From contig CAXXGO010000006.1 in assembly GCA_963666835.2 (NCBI GenBank), positions 256,001 to 320,000 of the forward strand: a stretch of 64,000 nt of DNA. Reading direction: 5' to 3'. Numbering within the stretch: position 1 is the first letter of the stretch; each line of letters opens with the position of its first letter. The translations under genes were made by a program, and so were the position numbers. The notes below the pieces were generated by a model, which made no database searches, was not told where the DNA came from, and worked only from the letters and a program-made list of their open reading frames with translations. The stretch comes from Phycisphaerae bacterium. GTDB taxonomy: Bacteria > Planctomycetota > Phycisphaerae > UBA1845. This document shows positions 32,701 through 42,488 of this stretch, piece after piece.

Positions 32701-34421
32701 GACTCGTTGAACTCGCCGGGGTCCGAGTCTTCGTAGTTAACCCAGAGCTGGAGTTCGGCGGGGGCCGCGATCTCCACGACCTCGACGTAACGCCCCATAC
32801 TGACCTGATCCGCCCGCGGCGGTGGGGCGGTGGCCACCTCTCGAATGCCGACGCCGCCTTCATAGAGGAAAGACACCGACGTGGCGTAGCTGGCCAACTG
32901 AAGTCTGCTGACGGCGTTTTCCGTGCCGGATTCTCCGAGGAACGCATACGTGTTACCGCTCGAAGCAACGTCGCTGATCGAGCAGTGCTCGACGCCGTCG
33001 GTGATGTGAATCCCGGCGACGTCGGCCCCCGTTGCCCCGAAGATACCAAAGCCGATTATGGCCACGTAGTCCGCGGTGACGTCAAACGCGTGATCGTCCG
33101 GATCCGCCGCCCGGACAATCGTGTCGCGCGGCGCGCCGTAGGCCTGCAGCACCAGTTGCTTGGTGACATCGATGTTCTCTTCATACTCACCGGGGCCGAT
33201 CTGGATCAACTGCCCGTCGAGCGTATCGTCGTCGTCGATGGCCTCCTGAATCGTGTAGAACCACTCATCGGTGGCGACGTTGTGTACGGCGGGTGGGGCG
33301 AGGACGTCGTAATGGTCTGCGGATTCGATCAGCGGGTACAGGTCCTGCTGTGAGCTGCCGAGCGTGTAGACATCGTGAGGATCCTCGCCGACCCCGTCGC
33401 CGTCATCGTCTGCGCCCGCGTAGTCGCCCCAGTGGTTGCCCAGCCGGCCGGTGAAGCGGCCCGTATCGTATTCGTACGTCAGGTCTTCCAGGCTATACCA
33501 GGTGCTGGAGGCGAAGTCACTGGTCGTGGCGTTGGCAAACGTGTTCCCCGTGAAGTTGTTGAGGTAGACGACGTTGTCATCTGCCGAGTAGTTCATGTTG
33601 ATACCGGTGTGGTTGCCGGTACAAGTGTTGTGAGTAATGGTATTGAAGTCCGATTTGTTGAAATAGAGGCCGTCGTACGCGCAGTTCGTTACGGCATTGC
33701 CGCTTACGATGTTGTGGTGACTGTCGTCAGTGAGGTGAATACCGCCGCGTTCGCTTGCGGTGATCGTGTTATTGATGATCTCGTTATAGTCGCTGTGCAC
33801 GATCAGCGAGATACCGGCCTGGGCGATGTCATGGATGTTGTTGCCCGACACGATGTTGTAGGTGTTCGTGTTGGCCAGGATGATGGCCGGCCCCGTGCAG
33901 CCGGAGATTTCGTTGCCGGAGATCACGTTTTCCGTGGAAAGGTTTGCCCGGACGCCGCGATAGTCGCCGATGAAGTCATTGCCAAGAACATGGCATTGCG
34001 TGGCGTCGACGAGAAGGACCCCATCGCCCATAGGATCAGTGGCGCCGGTGATGGTGAACCCGGATAGGGTGATCTCGCAAGCGCTGAGCAAGAACACGCT
34101 CAGGTTCGGGTCCGCCCCTTCTACGGTCGTTGTATCAGGGCCGTTTTCAGATTCAATGCTCAGTCCGTCACGAAGGTGGAGCCCGCTGCTCGATTCTCCG
34201 ACCACCTCGTAGTTGTCCACGACGACGTTCTCCACGTACGTGCCGTCACGAACGATGATAAGATCGTACGCCTCGGCATCGTCCACGGCGCCCTGGATTG
34301 TCGTGTAGGTTTCGCCCGAGCCGACATACAAGGTCGCCCCACCGGCGACGGCGGTGTGAAAGGCAAACATCATCGCCAAGCCCGCGACGATCAGGCAGGT
34401 GGACTTCGATCTGACGAACAT
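29736..34421 (-). CDS. Large secreted beta-helix protein: NosD/CASH-like domains, 3-4 ~185-aa passenger-like repeats, dockerin-like C-terminus
   Basis: Signal peptide, YTTIQGAV...DGTYVENV, LGNHWGDY, repeats RLTN.A.HTIRGS...NQG.I.A, VAPGS..G.L, C-terminal GDWNGDDVVDLDDY..F..C..GP. Confidence 0.88.
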   Translation of the reverse strand: MFVRSKSTCLIVAGLAMMFAFHTAVAGGATLYVGSGETYTTIQGAVDDAEAYDLIIVRDGTYVENVVVDNYEVVGESSSGLHLRDGLSIESENGPDTTTVEGADPNLSVFLLSACEITLSGFTITGATDPMGDGVLLVDATQCHVLGNDFIGDYRGVRANLSTENVISGNEISGCTGPAIILANTNTYNIVSGNNIHDIAQAGISLIVHSDYNEIINNTITASERGGIHLTDDSHHNIVSGNAVTNCAYDGLYFNKSDFNTITHNTCTGNHTGINMNYSADDNVVYLNNFTGNTFANATTSDFASSTWYSLEDLTYEYDTGRFTGRLGNHWGDYAGADDDGDGVGEDPHDVYTLGSSQQDLYPLIESADHYDVLAPPAVHNVATDEWFYTIQEAIDDDDTLDGQLIQIGPGEYEENIDVTKQLVLQAYGAPRDTIVRAADPDDHAFDVTADYVAIIGFGIFGATGADVAGIHITDGVEHCSISDVASSGNTYAFLGESGTENAVSRLQLASYATSVSFLYEGGVGIREVATAPPPRADQVSMGRYVEVVEIAAPAELQLWVNYEDSDPGEFNESSLRMWRWDGTEWWEVVGSGADPDINRVAASGIVEFGIFAPMGVEQHGAIWTGASGSPWNESLNWTTLSWPNNTSKQHYSVFIDSGNVGDVTVVLENGLTAAIDNLTVDPGDKVQIGVNGGAALRIDSGPGMGVVANNGTIELASPHFGTYFQINGDVTLGGIGEVILRPQGPNYMRGLTPTDRLTNGAAHTIRGSRRVGDNYMALTNQGAIDADDPAYPLEVNPTDTEIVYNTGTMQASAGGTLQLLGGTFDNTDGLIRGMDGSVAQITTGAVVSNGETTTVGDGVVELRDSAVACDITNTGTLRVPNGGGTGFVRGTITNQGTIELTSVHYSTALSIDGDVTFEGDGDIVLGPSGPNYVRGATATDRLTNAANHTIRGSRELGKNRMTLTNEGTIDADNPAYPLTIDMTDGESNYNTGTMRASNGATLQITSGTYDNTNGQIEAADSSTAQISTGALVSGGRLVTDGSGNIELRAGGVIADLTNDGAILLPNDAGGGGYAQGTIINQGTIELTSLGNGVNLYMNGDVTLSGTGEVVLGPSGPNALRGATATDRLTNAANHTIRGSRELGKNLMTLTNEGTIDADNPAYPLIINTTDGETNYNTGIMQGSSGGTLQVTSGAYDNTGGLIRALAGSIASLRSASVRGGALDTTDDGVIQLASNSLISDLTNLGTLMVPNGQGPGYVSGTITNLGTFEVQGGGSGTNLLLAGDTVLTGTGVFSIGGHNDIDNAYNLTNSAGHTMRILGNNDIRSFLINEGALEVPTGKTLLLTREYTPSSGSVTEVDGTITAPGVTSLSGTLTGDGTFSGSVSNVEGTVAPGSETGSLHIQGTYIQDADGTLVIELGGLVQGDSYDLLTVSSTARLGGKLRIVLTDGFVPAIGDSFTILTAGAVDGKFDEIQSAGQYTVTYDSGSVTITVGQMSGDWNGDDVVDLDDYLVFSDCMAGPNADPTPSLPGVTADDCLNAFDFGVDGDVDSADFAVLQSAME

Positions 34422-34754
34422 CTTCTTCGCTCCTCGTTACGCTCGTTGAACTCGTGGCGGTAAATACCGGTCCCGGGAATGTCCGAAGTCAAAGAGCCCC
34501 CCTCCGGGACGAGTACCGGTCAGACCCCGACCGCCGGCAAGTCGCCCATCGACCTTGCCATTAACCCAAGCGCGAATCGGCGTTGGGCGCTACGCAAGCG
34601 CGCCGAGCTTGTACCGACACATGCTAAGGGCCCACGCTGGGAGGGATTCGTCGTCCTATAATGCAAGCGGTATCATCCGGGGAAGAGAAGTGATGGAAGG
34701 GATGATTGAATCCGAGGTGCGTCGCTGATTTCGGGTCGTTGACTCGTGGTTCGT

Positions 34755-35912
34755 TCAGACTCCAACCGGCGTCGAGACTCGCTCCTCAATCTTGTGAGCT
34801 ATCTCCGTCAGGGCGATTGCGGGGGTACTGCCGGGTTGCGACAGCACGATCGGGACACCGGACGCATACGCTTCGTTGCAGGCGTCCTCGGCGGGCGGGA
34901 AGAAACCGATAACATTCACGCCCAATTCCAAACTGATGTCACCGGCGCGGGGTGGACGGGAGGATGCTGCGCGGCTCACCATCACGATACCTCGCCGGGT
35001 CTTGCCGACGCCCCAGGAGTCGATTCGTTCCAAGACCGCCTTGGCGGTATCCCAGCAGCATTCGCGATGCTCGGCCACGACCACTACGTAATCGCACCGC
35101 TCGATCGCTGCTCTTGTTCCGGGAGACATATCGCCGGGTAGATCGAGCAGCGTGTACTCCGACATATCGGCCAGCCCGGAGACTACGGCCAGGGCGTGGT
35201 CCGGTGTAACTTCCGTATACCCTTCGTCGGGGCGGGGGCCGAACAGTACTCGAAGACCGGGTCGGTACTTGACCAAGCGCCGGCGCAACTCGCGGGTGGT
35301 GATGTTCCTGCTTTCGAGTTCGAGCAGACTCGCGAGCCCGTCCGTCGGCGCCTCCCCCAGCTCCAAAGAGCAAGTTCCGAAGGAAGGCCGTAGCTCCGCG
35401 ACGATTGTGGATCGTCGTTCGGCACAGAGTGCCGCAGCCACGTTCAACGCCACGGTAGTGGCACCCACACCGCCTTTTGCGCCAACGAAGCCGAGAGTCT
35501 GACCCAATCCTCCGGTTTGGCCATACTGGAGTTTCTGAGTTCGTTCCAGCAGCGCCGCAACGCGCGTTACCATCTCGTCGATGTCAAACGGTTTGGTAAC
35601 GTACTCGTCCGTCGCGGTCTGCCAATCCTTGATCTTGTCCGCGGTCTCCGTTCGGCCGCTGAGGAGGATGACGGGAAGCTCGGCGGTATCCGGGCGGGCG
35701 CGCAACTGTCTGCAAAAGGAAATCCCGCTCATGTCGGGTAGCTTGACGTCCAGGATCAGCAGATCGAAAGGCTCAGAGGTGATCTTCCGCAAAGCGGCCT
35801 CTCCCGTTTCGGCCGAGATGATTCGATGGCCCTCCGCCTCAAGAGCGCGGCCGAGTATCCGCAATACGTTCGCCTCGTCGTTTACGATCAGGATCTTGGC
35901 GCTCATCAGCAT
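34755..35912 (-). CDS. Receiver domain + CpaE/MinD-like ATPase
   Basis: REC (LLILDVKLPD...KPF) and deviant P-loop GAKGGVGATT. Confidence 0.88.
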   Translation of the reverse strand: MLMSAKILIVNDEANVLRILGRALEAEGHRIISAETGEAALRKITSEPFDLLILDVKLPDMSGISFCRQLRARPDTAELPVILLSGRTETADKIKDWQTATDEYVTKPFDIDEMVTRVAALLERTQKLQYGQTGGLGQTLGFVGAKGGVGATTVALNVAAALCAERRSTIVAELRPSFGTCSLELGEAPTDGLASLLELESRNITTRELRRRLVKYRPGLRVLFGPRPDEGYTEVTPDHALAVVSGLADMSEYTLLDLPGDMSPGTRAAIERCDYVVVVAEHRECCWDTAKAVLERIDSWGVGKTRRGIVMVSRAASSRPPRAGDISLELGVNVIGFFPPAEDACNEAYASGVPIVLSQPGSTPAIALTEIAHKIEERVSTPVGV

Positions 35913-35921
35913 TTGTCCTTT

Positions 35922-37112
35922 CTATCCTTTGCAGGACACCTCATGCTGGGCGACGCCTTCCGCAGCTTTGTGACCGCTGCCCTCCGCGATCAGCTTCGCG
36001 AGCTTGGTGACTTGCTTGGCCACATCACTGCGGTGGCGGCTGATGATGAACGGCACGCCTTCGTTGATGCTGTGGGACACGAGAGCGGGGTCATTGGGAA
36101 GCGCGGCGGTGATTTTGTAGCCCATTGCCTGCTCGATATCCCCCGAGGGCAATTCGCTTTTGCGTCCATGACAATTCAGTACCGCAATGGGCGTCGCCTC
36201 CGGCTGAAGTGACTGAACGTACTCGATGAACATCTGGGCTCGCCGGACCGAGGTGACCTCCGGCGTCGTCAGCAGCACGATCCGATCGGCGACGGACAAG
36301 CCGGCCTGGCAGCATTTTCCGGGGAACGGGGCGGAATCCACGACTACAAAATCGAAGATGTTGCGTAACTCGGTGAGCATTTTCATCAGCGGCGGGGCTT
36401 CGGTGCTGTCATTGGCAATGCGGTGCTCGGGGGCGGCAAGGACCTCAATACCGGACGAGTGGGAAACGGCCACCGTGTCGATGAGTTCCGAATCGAGATC
36501 ATCGGCCCGGGCCAGAAGATCGAGAACCGTGTATTTAGGGTACAGCTCCAGCATGGCGCTGACGTCCCCGGCCTGGATGTTCGCATCCACCAAAGCCACG
36601 CGGGCTTTGGTTTCCCGACCGAGGGCAACGGCGAGGTTAGTGGCCATAACCGTCTGCCCCACCCCGCCCTTCGCTCCGCACACGGCCACCATAGTCCCCC
36701 GCGACGGCTTCTCGGACGCGGTTCGCCGATAGAGTAGCTCGGCTTGTCGGTCCAACATGCCGGCCACGCGAGCCACGACCTCGTCACAATCAAAAGGCTT
36801 GGTGATATACTCGTCGGCTCCCGCCCGGATTCCGCTGATTCGGTCGGATACCTGAGCTCGGGCACTGAGGATCATCACCGGCAGGTCAATCGTCTCCGGA
36901 TCGGCGCGCAGTTCTTTGCACACCTCGGTTCCGCTGATCCCCGGCAGCATGTTGTCCAGGATCACGAGATCCGGCCGGTCGTCGCGGATCTTGGCCAGAG
37001 CTTCCTCGCCGGTTTCGGCGGTAATGACGCCGAAGCCCTCGGCGTCGAGTACGAAACTGAGCATCCGCAGGACGTTGGCCTCGTCATCTACGATCATTAT
37101 TCTTCGGTTCAT
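35922..37112 (-). CDS. Receiver domain + CpaE/TadZ-like ATPase
   Basis: REC (IMIVDD...VILDNMLP...KPF), GAKGGVGQT..A.NLA, SINEGVP. Confidence 0.9.
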   Translation of the reverse strand: MNRRIMIVDDEANVLRMLSFVLDAEGFGVITAETGEEALAKIRDDRPDLVILDNMLPGISGTEVCKELRADPETIDLPVMILSARAQVSDRISGIRAGADEYITKPFDCDEVVARVAGMLDRQAELLYRRTASEKPSRGTMVAVCGAKGGVGQTVMATNLAVALGRETKARVALVDANIQAGDVSAMLELYPKYTVLDLLARADDLDSELIDTVAVSHSSGIEVLAAPEHRIANDSTEAPPLMKMLTELRNIFDFVVVDSAPFPGKCCQAGLSVADRIVLLTTPEVTSVRRAQMFIEYVQSLQPEATPIAVLNCHGRKSELPSGDIEQAMGYKITAALPNDPALVSHSINEGVPFIISRHRSDVAKQVTKLAKLIAEGSGHKAAEGVAQHEVSCKG

Positions 37113-37199
37113 TACCCATCAATCCACTTGTGTTTGCTGGATCCTGCTGTTCCAGTCGCCGCCCCACCCCGTCCACTCGGACCACCTGCGTTACTGCCG

Positions 37200-38843
37200 T
37201 CAACTCGGCACGCCGCTGGGGCCACCCACCGGCAGAACGAAGTGGAACGCGCTTCCCTTACCCGATTCACTCTCAACTCCGATTTCCCCCCCGTGGGCTT
37301 CGACGATTTGTTTCGAGATGAAGAGCCCGAGCCCCGTTCCCTTCCCCCGGCGTTTCTCTTGTGTCTCTGAACGATAGAACCTATCGAAGAGCTTCGGCAT
37401 CTCGTCGGGCGCGATTCCCGGACCGGTATCGACCACCCGGATTCTGACGGTGTGGTCGTCGGCCGTGGCGGTTACCCGGATCGCCTGCCGCGGCTTTGAG
37501 AACTTGATTGCGTTTCCGATCAGATTGACCAGAACTTGCTGTAATCGGTGCCGATCGGCGCGCGTCGGTGGGCACTCTCCCGACACCTCTTTAATGAGCG
37601 TGATTTGCTTTTCCCCGGCGAGACTCTCGAGCGAATTAATCGTGTCGGTCAGCAGGCCTGCAACGTCAACTTCCTCAAGGTCGAGTTCCAACCGACCGGC
37701 CTCCATCCGCGAGAGATCCAGCAGATCATCGACCAGAATCGCCAGACGGTCCGCGTCGGCGCACGCCCGAGTGAGGAACTCCTGCTGAACCTGCGGGTCT
37801 TTGGCTCTACCTTTTACCAACAGTTGGAGCATTCCCTTCAAAGAGCAGATCGGAGTGCGCAGCTCATGAGAGACGTTGGCCACGAGATCGCTCTTCATCT
37901 GAATGAGCTCTTGGGTAGCCGCCTCCGCTCGCCTTCGTTCGGTGATATCACGGGAGAATACAGCACAAACGCTTACGTTGTCTTCGTTGTCGCGAACCGG
38001 ATAGACGTTGTTATCGAGGATTCTCTCTCCGTCGCGATCCTCGTAACTCAATGACTCTCCCAGCCTGAACGCGGCGGTCACGTTCTCGCGGCAGACCTGA
38101 GCGGTCTCGGGCGGCAGGTAGCCGTACATGCACTCCCCATACAGTTCGTCACTGCTCTTGTGAAAGCGCCGGCCCGCCGCCACGTTGCAGGCCAGTACCA
38201 CCCCGTCTCGGTTGACCAGGACGGCACTGTCGGAAGGCGCGTTGAGCAGTGTCCGATTCATGGCTTCGCTGTCGCGTAACCGCTGATAGGTCGTTTCGAG
38301 CTCCGCCAGCAGATGCCGGTTTTTGCTCACGACGTCCTCCAAGACCGCCCTGGCGTCCTCCAGGTGGCTGACGTCCAACTCGAGAGTCGACGCGTATTCC
38401 TTGAGCCTGATCTCCGTGCTCTGGTGTTCGCGTCTTGTCCGAAGCACCGCCCGTACTCGGGCTCGAAGTTCGTCCGCCTCGAAGGGTTTGGGGATGTAGT
38501 CATCGGCTCCGAGGTTGAGCCCGTGGGCCACATCCGCGCTGGTCGTGAACTTCGCAGTCAGGAAGATCACCGGAACCTGCTCGGTCTTCGGCGACTTGCG
38601 TAACCGGCGGCACAGCTCGTAACCGTCAACATCCGGCATGTGCACATCCAGGATGGCCATGTCCGGGCATTGCTCCTCAGCCAGCGTTATTGCAGTCTCG
38701 GCGTTGAGGGCCGTCACCACGGTGTAGGGTTCGTCCTCCAGGACATCGCAGATGAGATCGAGGTTGTCCTGGCAGTCGTCGACCGCCAGGATCCTGGCTT
38801 GTTCGGCGGCGGTCGTATCGAGATGACAATCCTTCGCTGGCAT
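37200..38843 (-). CDS. Cytoplasmic REC-PAS-HisKA-HATPase hybrid kinase
   Basis: ILAVDD...[30 protein letters not shown]. Start uncertain (ATG 38843 chosen). Confidence 0.9.
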   Translation of the reverse strand: MPAKDCHLDTTAAEQARILAVDDCQDNLDLICDVLEDEPYTVVTALNAETAITLAEEQCPDMAILDVHMPDVDGYELCRRLRKSPKTEQVPVIFLTAKFTTSADVAHGLNLGADDYIPKPFEADELRARVRAVLRTRREHQSTEIRLKEYASTLELDVSHLEDARAVLEDVVSKNRHLLAELETTYQRLRDSEAMNRTLLNAPSDSAVLVNRDGVVLACNVAAGRRFHKSSDELYGECMYGYLPPETAQVCRENVTAAFRLGESLSYEDRDGERILDNNVYPVRDNEDNVSVCAVFSRDITERRRAEAATQELIQMKSDLVANVSHELRTPICSLKGMLQLLVKGRAKDPQVQQEFLTRACADADRLAILVDDLLDLSRMEAGRLELDLEEVDVAGLLTDTINSLESLAGEKQITLIKEVSGECPPTRADRHRLQQVLVNLIGNAIKFSKPRQAIRVTATADDHTVRIRVVDTGPGIAPDEMPKLFDRFYRSETQEKRRGKGTGLGLFISKQIVEAHGGEIGVESESGKGSAFHFVLPVGGPSGVPS

Positions 38844-39691
38844 AACTCTGTCGTTGGTATACCGCGGGTCCACCGGCCGGGTTTGCCCCCGTCGAACTCG
38901 CGGTTTGCGCAGCGCGCAGAACCCGCAAGATCGTTGAGTAATCCTCGCTCCGAGGTGCCACCCGGATGAGCGAGGTGTTCGACGTCCCCCAAAATGACGC
39001 CACCCTCCGCAACTGCGTGCCACGGCGGCGACCTGAACTAAAGAACCGATCATCCTTCGATCTGTCCATCGACTCGGGTAACCCGAGCCATGAGCCCGAC
39101 GACGCCAGGCCTGTGCGTATTCGGGTAAACGTGGGCTCGGGTTGTCCCCGCCGGATCACCGAAAGAAGAGGCTGGCCCGGCCGATCGCCGGCCGCCGTAT
39201 CGCCGGACAACTTCGGCGAGACGTCCGGTTCCCCCTAAGTGGCAAGCCGTCGATTCCATCCATTCGGACGTAGGGCGTATTGCGTCTTCACCGACAGCCC
39301 GCAGACGTGCCCCTCCAGCGGTGTACGACCACCCAAGATGAAACTTTTCCGTCCTAATTCATCAAATCGGTGGATGTCCCTTGGAAGCCGGAGGGCTCTC
39401 GCAGGGAGAAACTGGGATACATGGATTGACAGGGCCGGGGGCATCTCGGTAATATAGGGCACGATGTCCTGATCGTCCGTCTCGATCTGGTAGCGGACAC
39501 AGACACAGATTAACACTCCGTTTCCTGGGTTGGGTCGTTGTAGGAAATGCGACGATGACCTCGGCGTTTACGGTCAGCGGGTCGCCGGCCGCGACGTCGT
39601 CGACAGGCGCAGCTCTTGGAGAAGCTGCTCGCGGGGGAATACGGTCCACCCTGCAAGGGGAAGATAGACAACCTTTCAGGAGGGGAAGAAA

Positions 39692-39742
39692 GCAACCGGT
39701 GACCTGCCTCTTAGCGGAGGCAGTGGCGCCGGTTGTCTTTTT
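39692..39742. terminator. Likely bidirectional terminator hairpin downstream of the oxidoreductase
   Basis: GCAACCGGT.. CTGCCTC/GAGGCAG ..GCCGGTTGT, flanked by an A-rich side and a T-rich side. Confidence 0.55.
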
Positions 39743-39813
39743 AGGGCGACGCCCCAGATTCTCACGACCTCGATACCAAGGTTCATGCAGCTTCCCATCT
39801 TGATGATTGCCGG

Positions 39814-40698
39814 TTAAGCAATCCCGGACAAGCGCTCCAACGTGTTGACCAAGATCTGGGTCCCTTCACGCCCATGACCGGCGGCTTGGCACGCGGTCAG
39901 AAGCTGCGACACCAATGCGGTTCCCGGCAGCGGGGTGTCATTCGCCCCGGCGGTACGCAGGGCGATACGCAGGTCTTTCTGCTGAAGGTCAACCATGAAC
40001 ATCGGGGCAAAGTCCCGGCTGAGCATACGCGGGCCGAGGTTCTCCAAAGCCCAGGACCCGGCCGCCCCTCCGGATACGGCTGAAAGCACGGTCTCCGGAT
40101 CGAGCCCGACCCGTTTGGCAAACACGAGAGCCTCGCTCACCGCGAGCAGGTTCAGACCGCAGAGAATCTGATTGCACAACTTCGTGAGCTGCCCATTACC
40201 GACGGGGCCGCAGTGGACAATCGACTTGCCCAACACGTCGAACACCGCCTGCGCCCGGGCGACGTTGGCGTCGCTGCCGCCGACCATGATCGAAAGCGCG
40301 CCGCTCTCGGCTCCCGTTCTGCCGCCGGATACCGGAGCATCCAGAAACGCCGCTCCACGCTCGGTGACATCCGCGGCGACCTTCCGCGCCGTCTCCGGCG
40401 CCACCGTCGACATGTCGATGCACAAGGCGTTGTGGCGCACCGCTTGGCACACTCCGCCCGGACCGAGGTACACGGCCTCGACATCCGGTGAATCGCTGAC
40501 CACAGAGATTACGATGTCCGCACCCCTGGCGAGTGCCGCCGGGGTGTCTTCCCACACCGCCCCCTTGCGGATCAACGCATCGGCCTTGTTGCGGGTGCGG
40601 TTATGTACGTGCAAAGAAAAACCGGCTTCGAGCAGCCGGCGGCCCATCGGCGCGCCCATTATGCCCGTGCCGATCAACCCGATGTTCCTGTCTTCCAT
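39814..40698 (-). CDS. NAD(P)-dependent oxidoreductase, 3-hydroxyisobutyrate dehydrogenase / tartronate semialdehyde reductase family
   Basis: IGLIGTGIMG, DAPVSGG, KLCNQ, F...L..KDL. Confidence 0.95.
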   Translation of the reverse strand: MEDRNIGLIGTGIMGAPMGRRLLEAGFSLHVHNRTRNKADALIRKGAVWEDTPAALARGADIVISVVSDSPDVEAVYLGPGGVCQAVRHNALCIDMSTVAPETARKVAADVTERGAAFLDAPVSGGRTGAESGALSIMVGGSDANVARAQAVFDVLGKSIVHCGPVGNGQLTKLCNQILCGLNLLAVSEALVFAKRVGLDPETVLSAVSGGAAGSWALENLGPRMLSRDFAPMFMVDLQQKDLRIALRTAGANDTPLPGTALVSQLLTACQAAGHGREGTQILVNTLERLSGIA

Positions 40699-40861
40699 AG
40701 CAGTACTCCTATCAATACTCCCAGGCCCGTTAACCCTCCGATGGCGAAAAGAACATCCTTCTCCGAAGGCGGCGTGCGATACCGCGCGTGGGAATCGTCG
40801 AAATCGCTACCCTTGTTCAACAGGCCGCCGCGGGCCTTTGAACAGGGCGACGATCGGGTAA

Positions 40862-41215
40862 CTACGGCTCTTGCGGTTCGACCGCGGTCGGCGTTTCGGA
40901 CGGTGGATTATTCTGCCCGATGAGGGTCCACGGTTTGACCGTTAACAGGAAGCCCGCCGTGGCGACCAAGGCGGCCAGTAGCGCCAGCCAGACGCGGTAG
41001 CGCTGCAGAGTCACCTGTCGTTCGGCTGCCGCAGCGGAGCGCTCGGCGGGGGTCGGCCCGGTATCCGTCGGCGGAGGCGGCGCGGCATCGCCGGGCACGG
41101 GCTCTGGGCCGGTCGGAGCCTCCGCGGATAGCTCCGGGGACTTCTTGGCCAGCTTCGCTTGGGCCTTGGCGGCTTTCTTGGCGGCCTTGGCAGCCTTCTT
41201 GGGATCTTCCGTCAT
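40862..41215 (-). CDS. Small membrane protein with Lys/Ala-rich N-terminus
   Basis: MTEDPKKAAKAAKKAAKAQAK..., GGGAG RBS, C-terminal TM helix. Confidence 0.7.
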   Translation of the reverse strand: MTEDPKKAAKAAKKAAKAQAKLAKKSPELSAEAPTGPEPVPGDAAPPPPTDTGPTPAERSAAAAERQVTLQRYRVWLALLAALVATAGFLLTVKPWTLIGQNNPPSETPTAVEPQEP

Positions 41216-41293
41216 AGGTGCGCTCCCATCCGCTTCGGGTTTACCGATCGGGAGGCTAACACCATCCAAAAGCGCTGTCGAGACCGCCACATG

Positions 41294-42460
41294 TTCAGGC
41301 TGAAAGCCTGCAAGACAACAGCCGGGGGCAAGGCCGCGCAGCGGCCGCCGCCCCCGGCTGGGGGCCCAGCAATCCCAATCGCCCTGAAAGGTCGAAAGAA
41401 ACGGCGGCGATGAACCACGCGTCTGTTTGGGCTGCCCGACCTCTTTGAGCACGCGTCGAAAGAGATAGCGGCATTGCGCGGGAGTGCTCGAGGTACCGAA
41501 CTACGCCGAAGGCGTTACGTCCTATAGCCCAGGGTTGCCGCGCAGCGGCTACCCTGGGATCAGGGTCACCTCCAAGATCAACCCCAACGATCCGCCGGTG
41601 TTCAACCACCTTCGGGGTCGGTGTGGAAAGTGGGCTTTGTGACCCAGGGTGGCACTTCGCGGCTACGCCGTCTCGTTTGCCCCGGGCTTTGTTGTGAAAC
41701 GCCGTTGGCGCAAATCGAAAAGACAGACGTCACGCGAAGGCCCCATAGGGCATGGTCGAGGAACGAGACCTCCGCATCAAGGCCGCAATGGGCCGAATCG
41801 CACGAACACGTGCCAACCACGTGGCTCGCGGAACCAGCCCGTCAGGGCGACAGCTCTGCCTAGCCCGCGGCGCAAGCCGCGGGATCGCGTCGTCATGTTG
41901 GCCCTAGCCCCGGCAGGGGGGGCACTTCGATACTCCAACAGGTTCCGGTGGTCGCCAACGTGCTTTCCGTATGATGTTGAATCACCGGCGTCCGATCGAA
42001 ACCTCGAGGTCCTCTGCCGCCCGCAAGGGGCTTGGCGCGAAGCGGCCGCACGGTTTCCCCAGGATTACGCCGTGGGGCTAGAGGATCTGTCGCCCCAAGG
42101 GGCTGTCCGCCTTCGGCGTGTGTTGGGAAGATGCACCTCGCGCAAGAGCTGCATCCCTGCGCTACGCGGTTACGCCGCTTCGTTTACCCTAGGCTTTGTT
42201 GTGAAACGCCGTTGGCGTAAATTGAAAAGACACACGTCACGCGAAATCCCCGTAGGGCACGGCCGAGGAACGAAATCTGGCGCGATTGTCAACCGCTGAT
42301 CATCGGCTCCCCCACGTCCGGCGGGCGTGTGATTGAACGGCTCGCGAAGGCCCGCAGCGCACGGCAAAGACAAAAGGACGTGGGCCACCCGGCCGCGCAT
42401 CAGAGAGGACTCGGGCATCTCCTTTGTGAAGGTTAGAACCATTGAGTTATGCCCGATGTT
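41294..42460. repeat. 1.2-kb mosaic of palindromic repeats (family C, family D, composite element copy 3, REP-A, fragment of the 191-bp unit)
   Basis: 41294-41470 matches 6222-6397; 41502-41558 is the inverse of 26290-26346; 41745-42128 is the composite element; 41660-41770 is duplicated at 42160-42275; 42395-42456 resembles the 191-bp unit. Confidence 0.85.
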
Positions 42461-42488
42461 CTGCCTGAACAGGCGTACGCCGCGCGGC

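Noticed and set aside
39235..39516. 93-aa ORF upstream of the kinase
   Set aside because: Weak start and no recognisable motif; cannot be supported.
39560..39800. c-di-GMP or other known riboswitch
   Set aside because: Hairpins are present, but the GGCAAA...GACGCAAA or other consensus motifs were not found on either strand.
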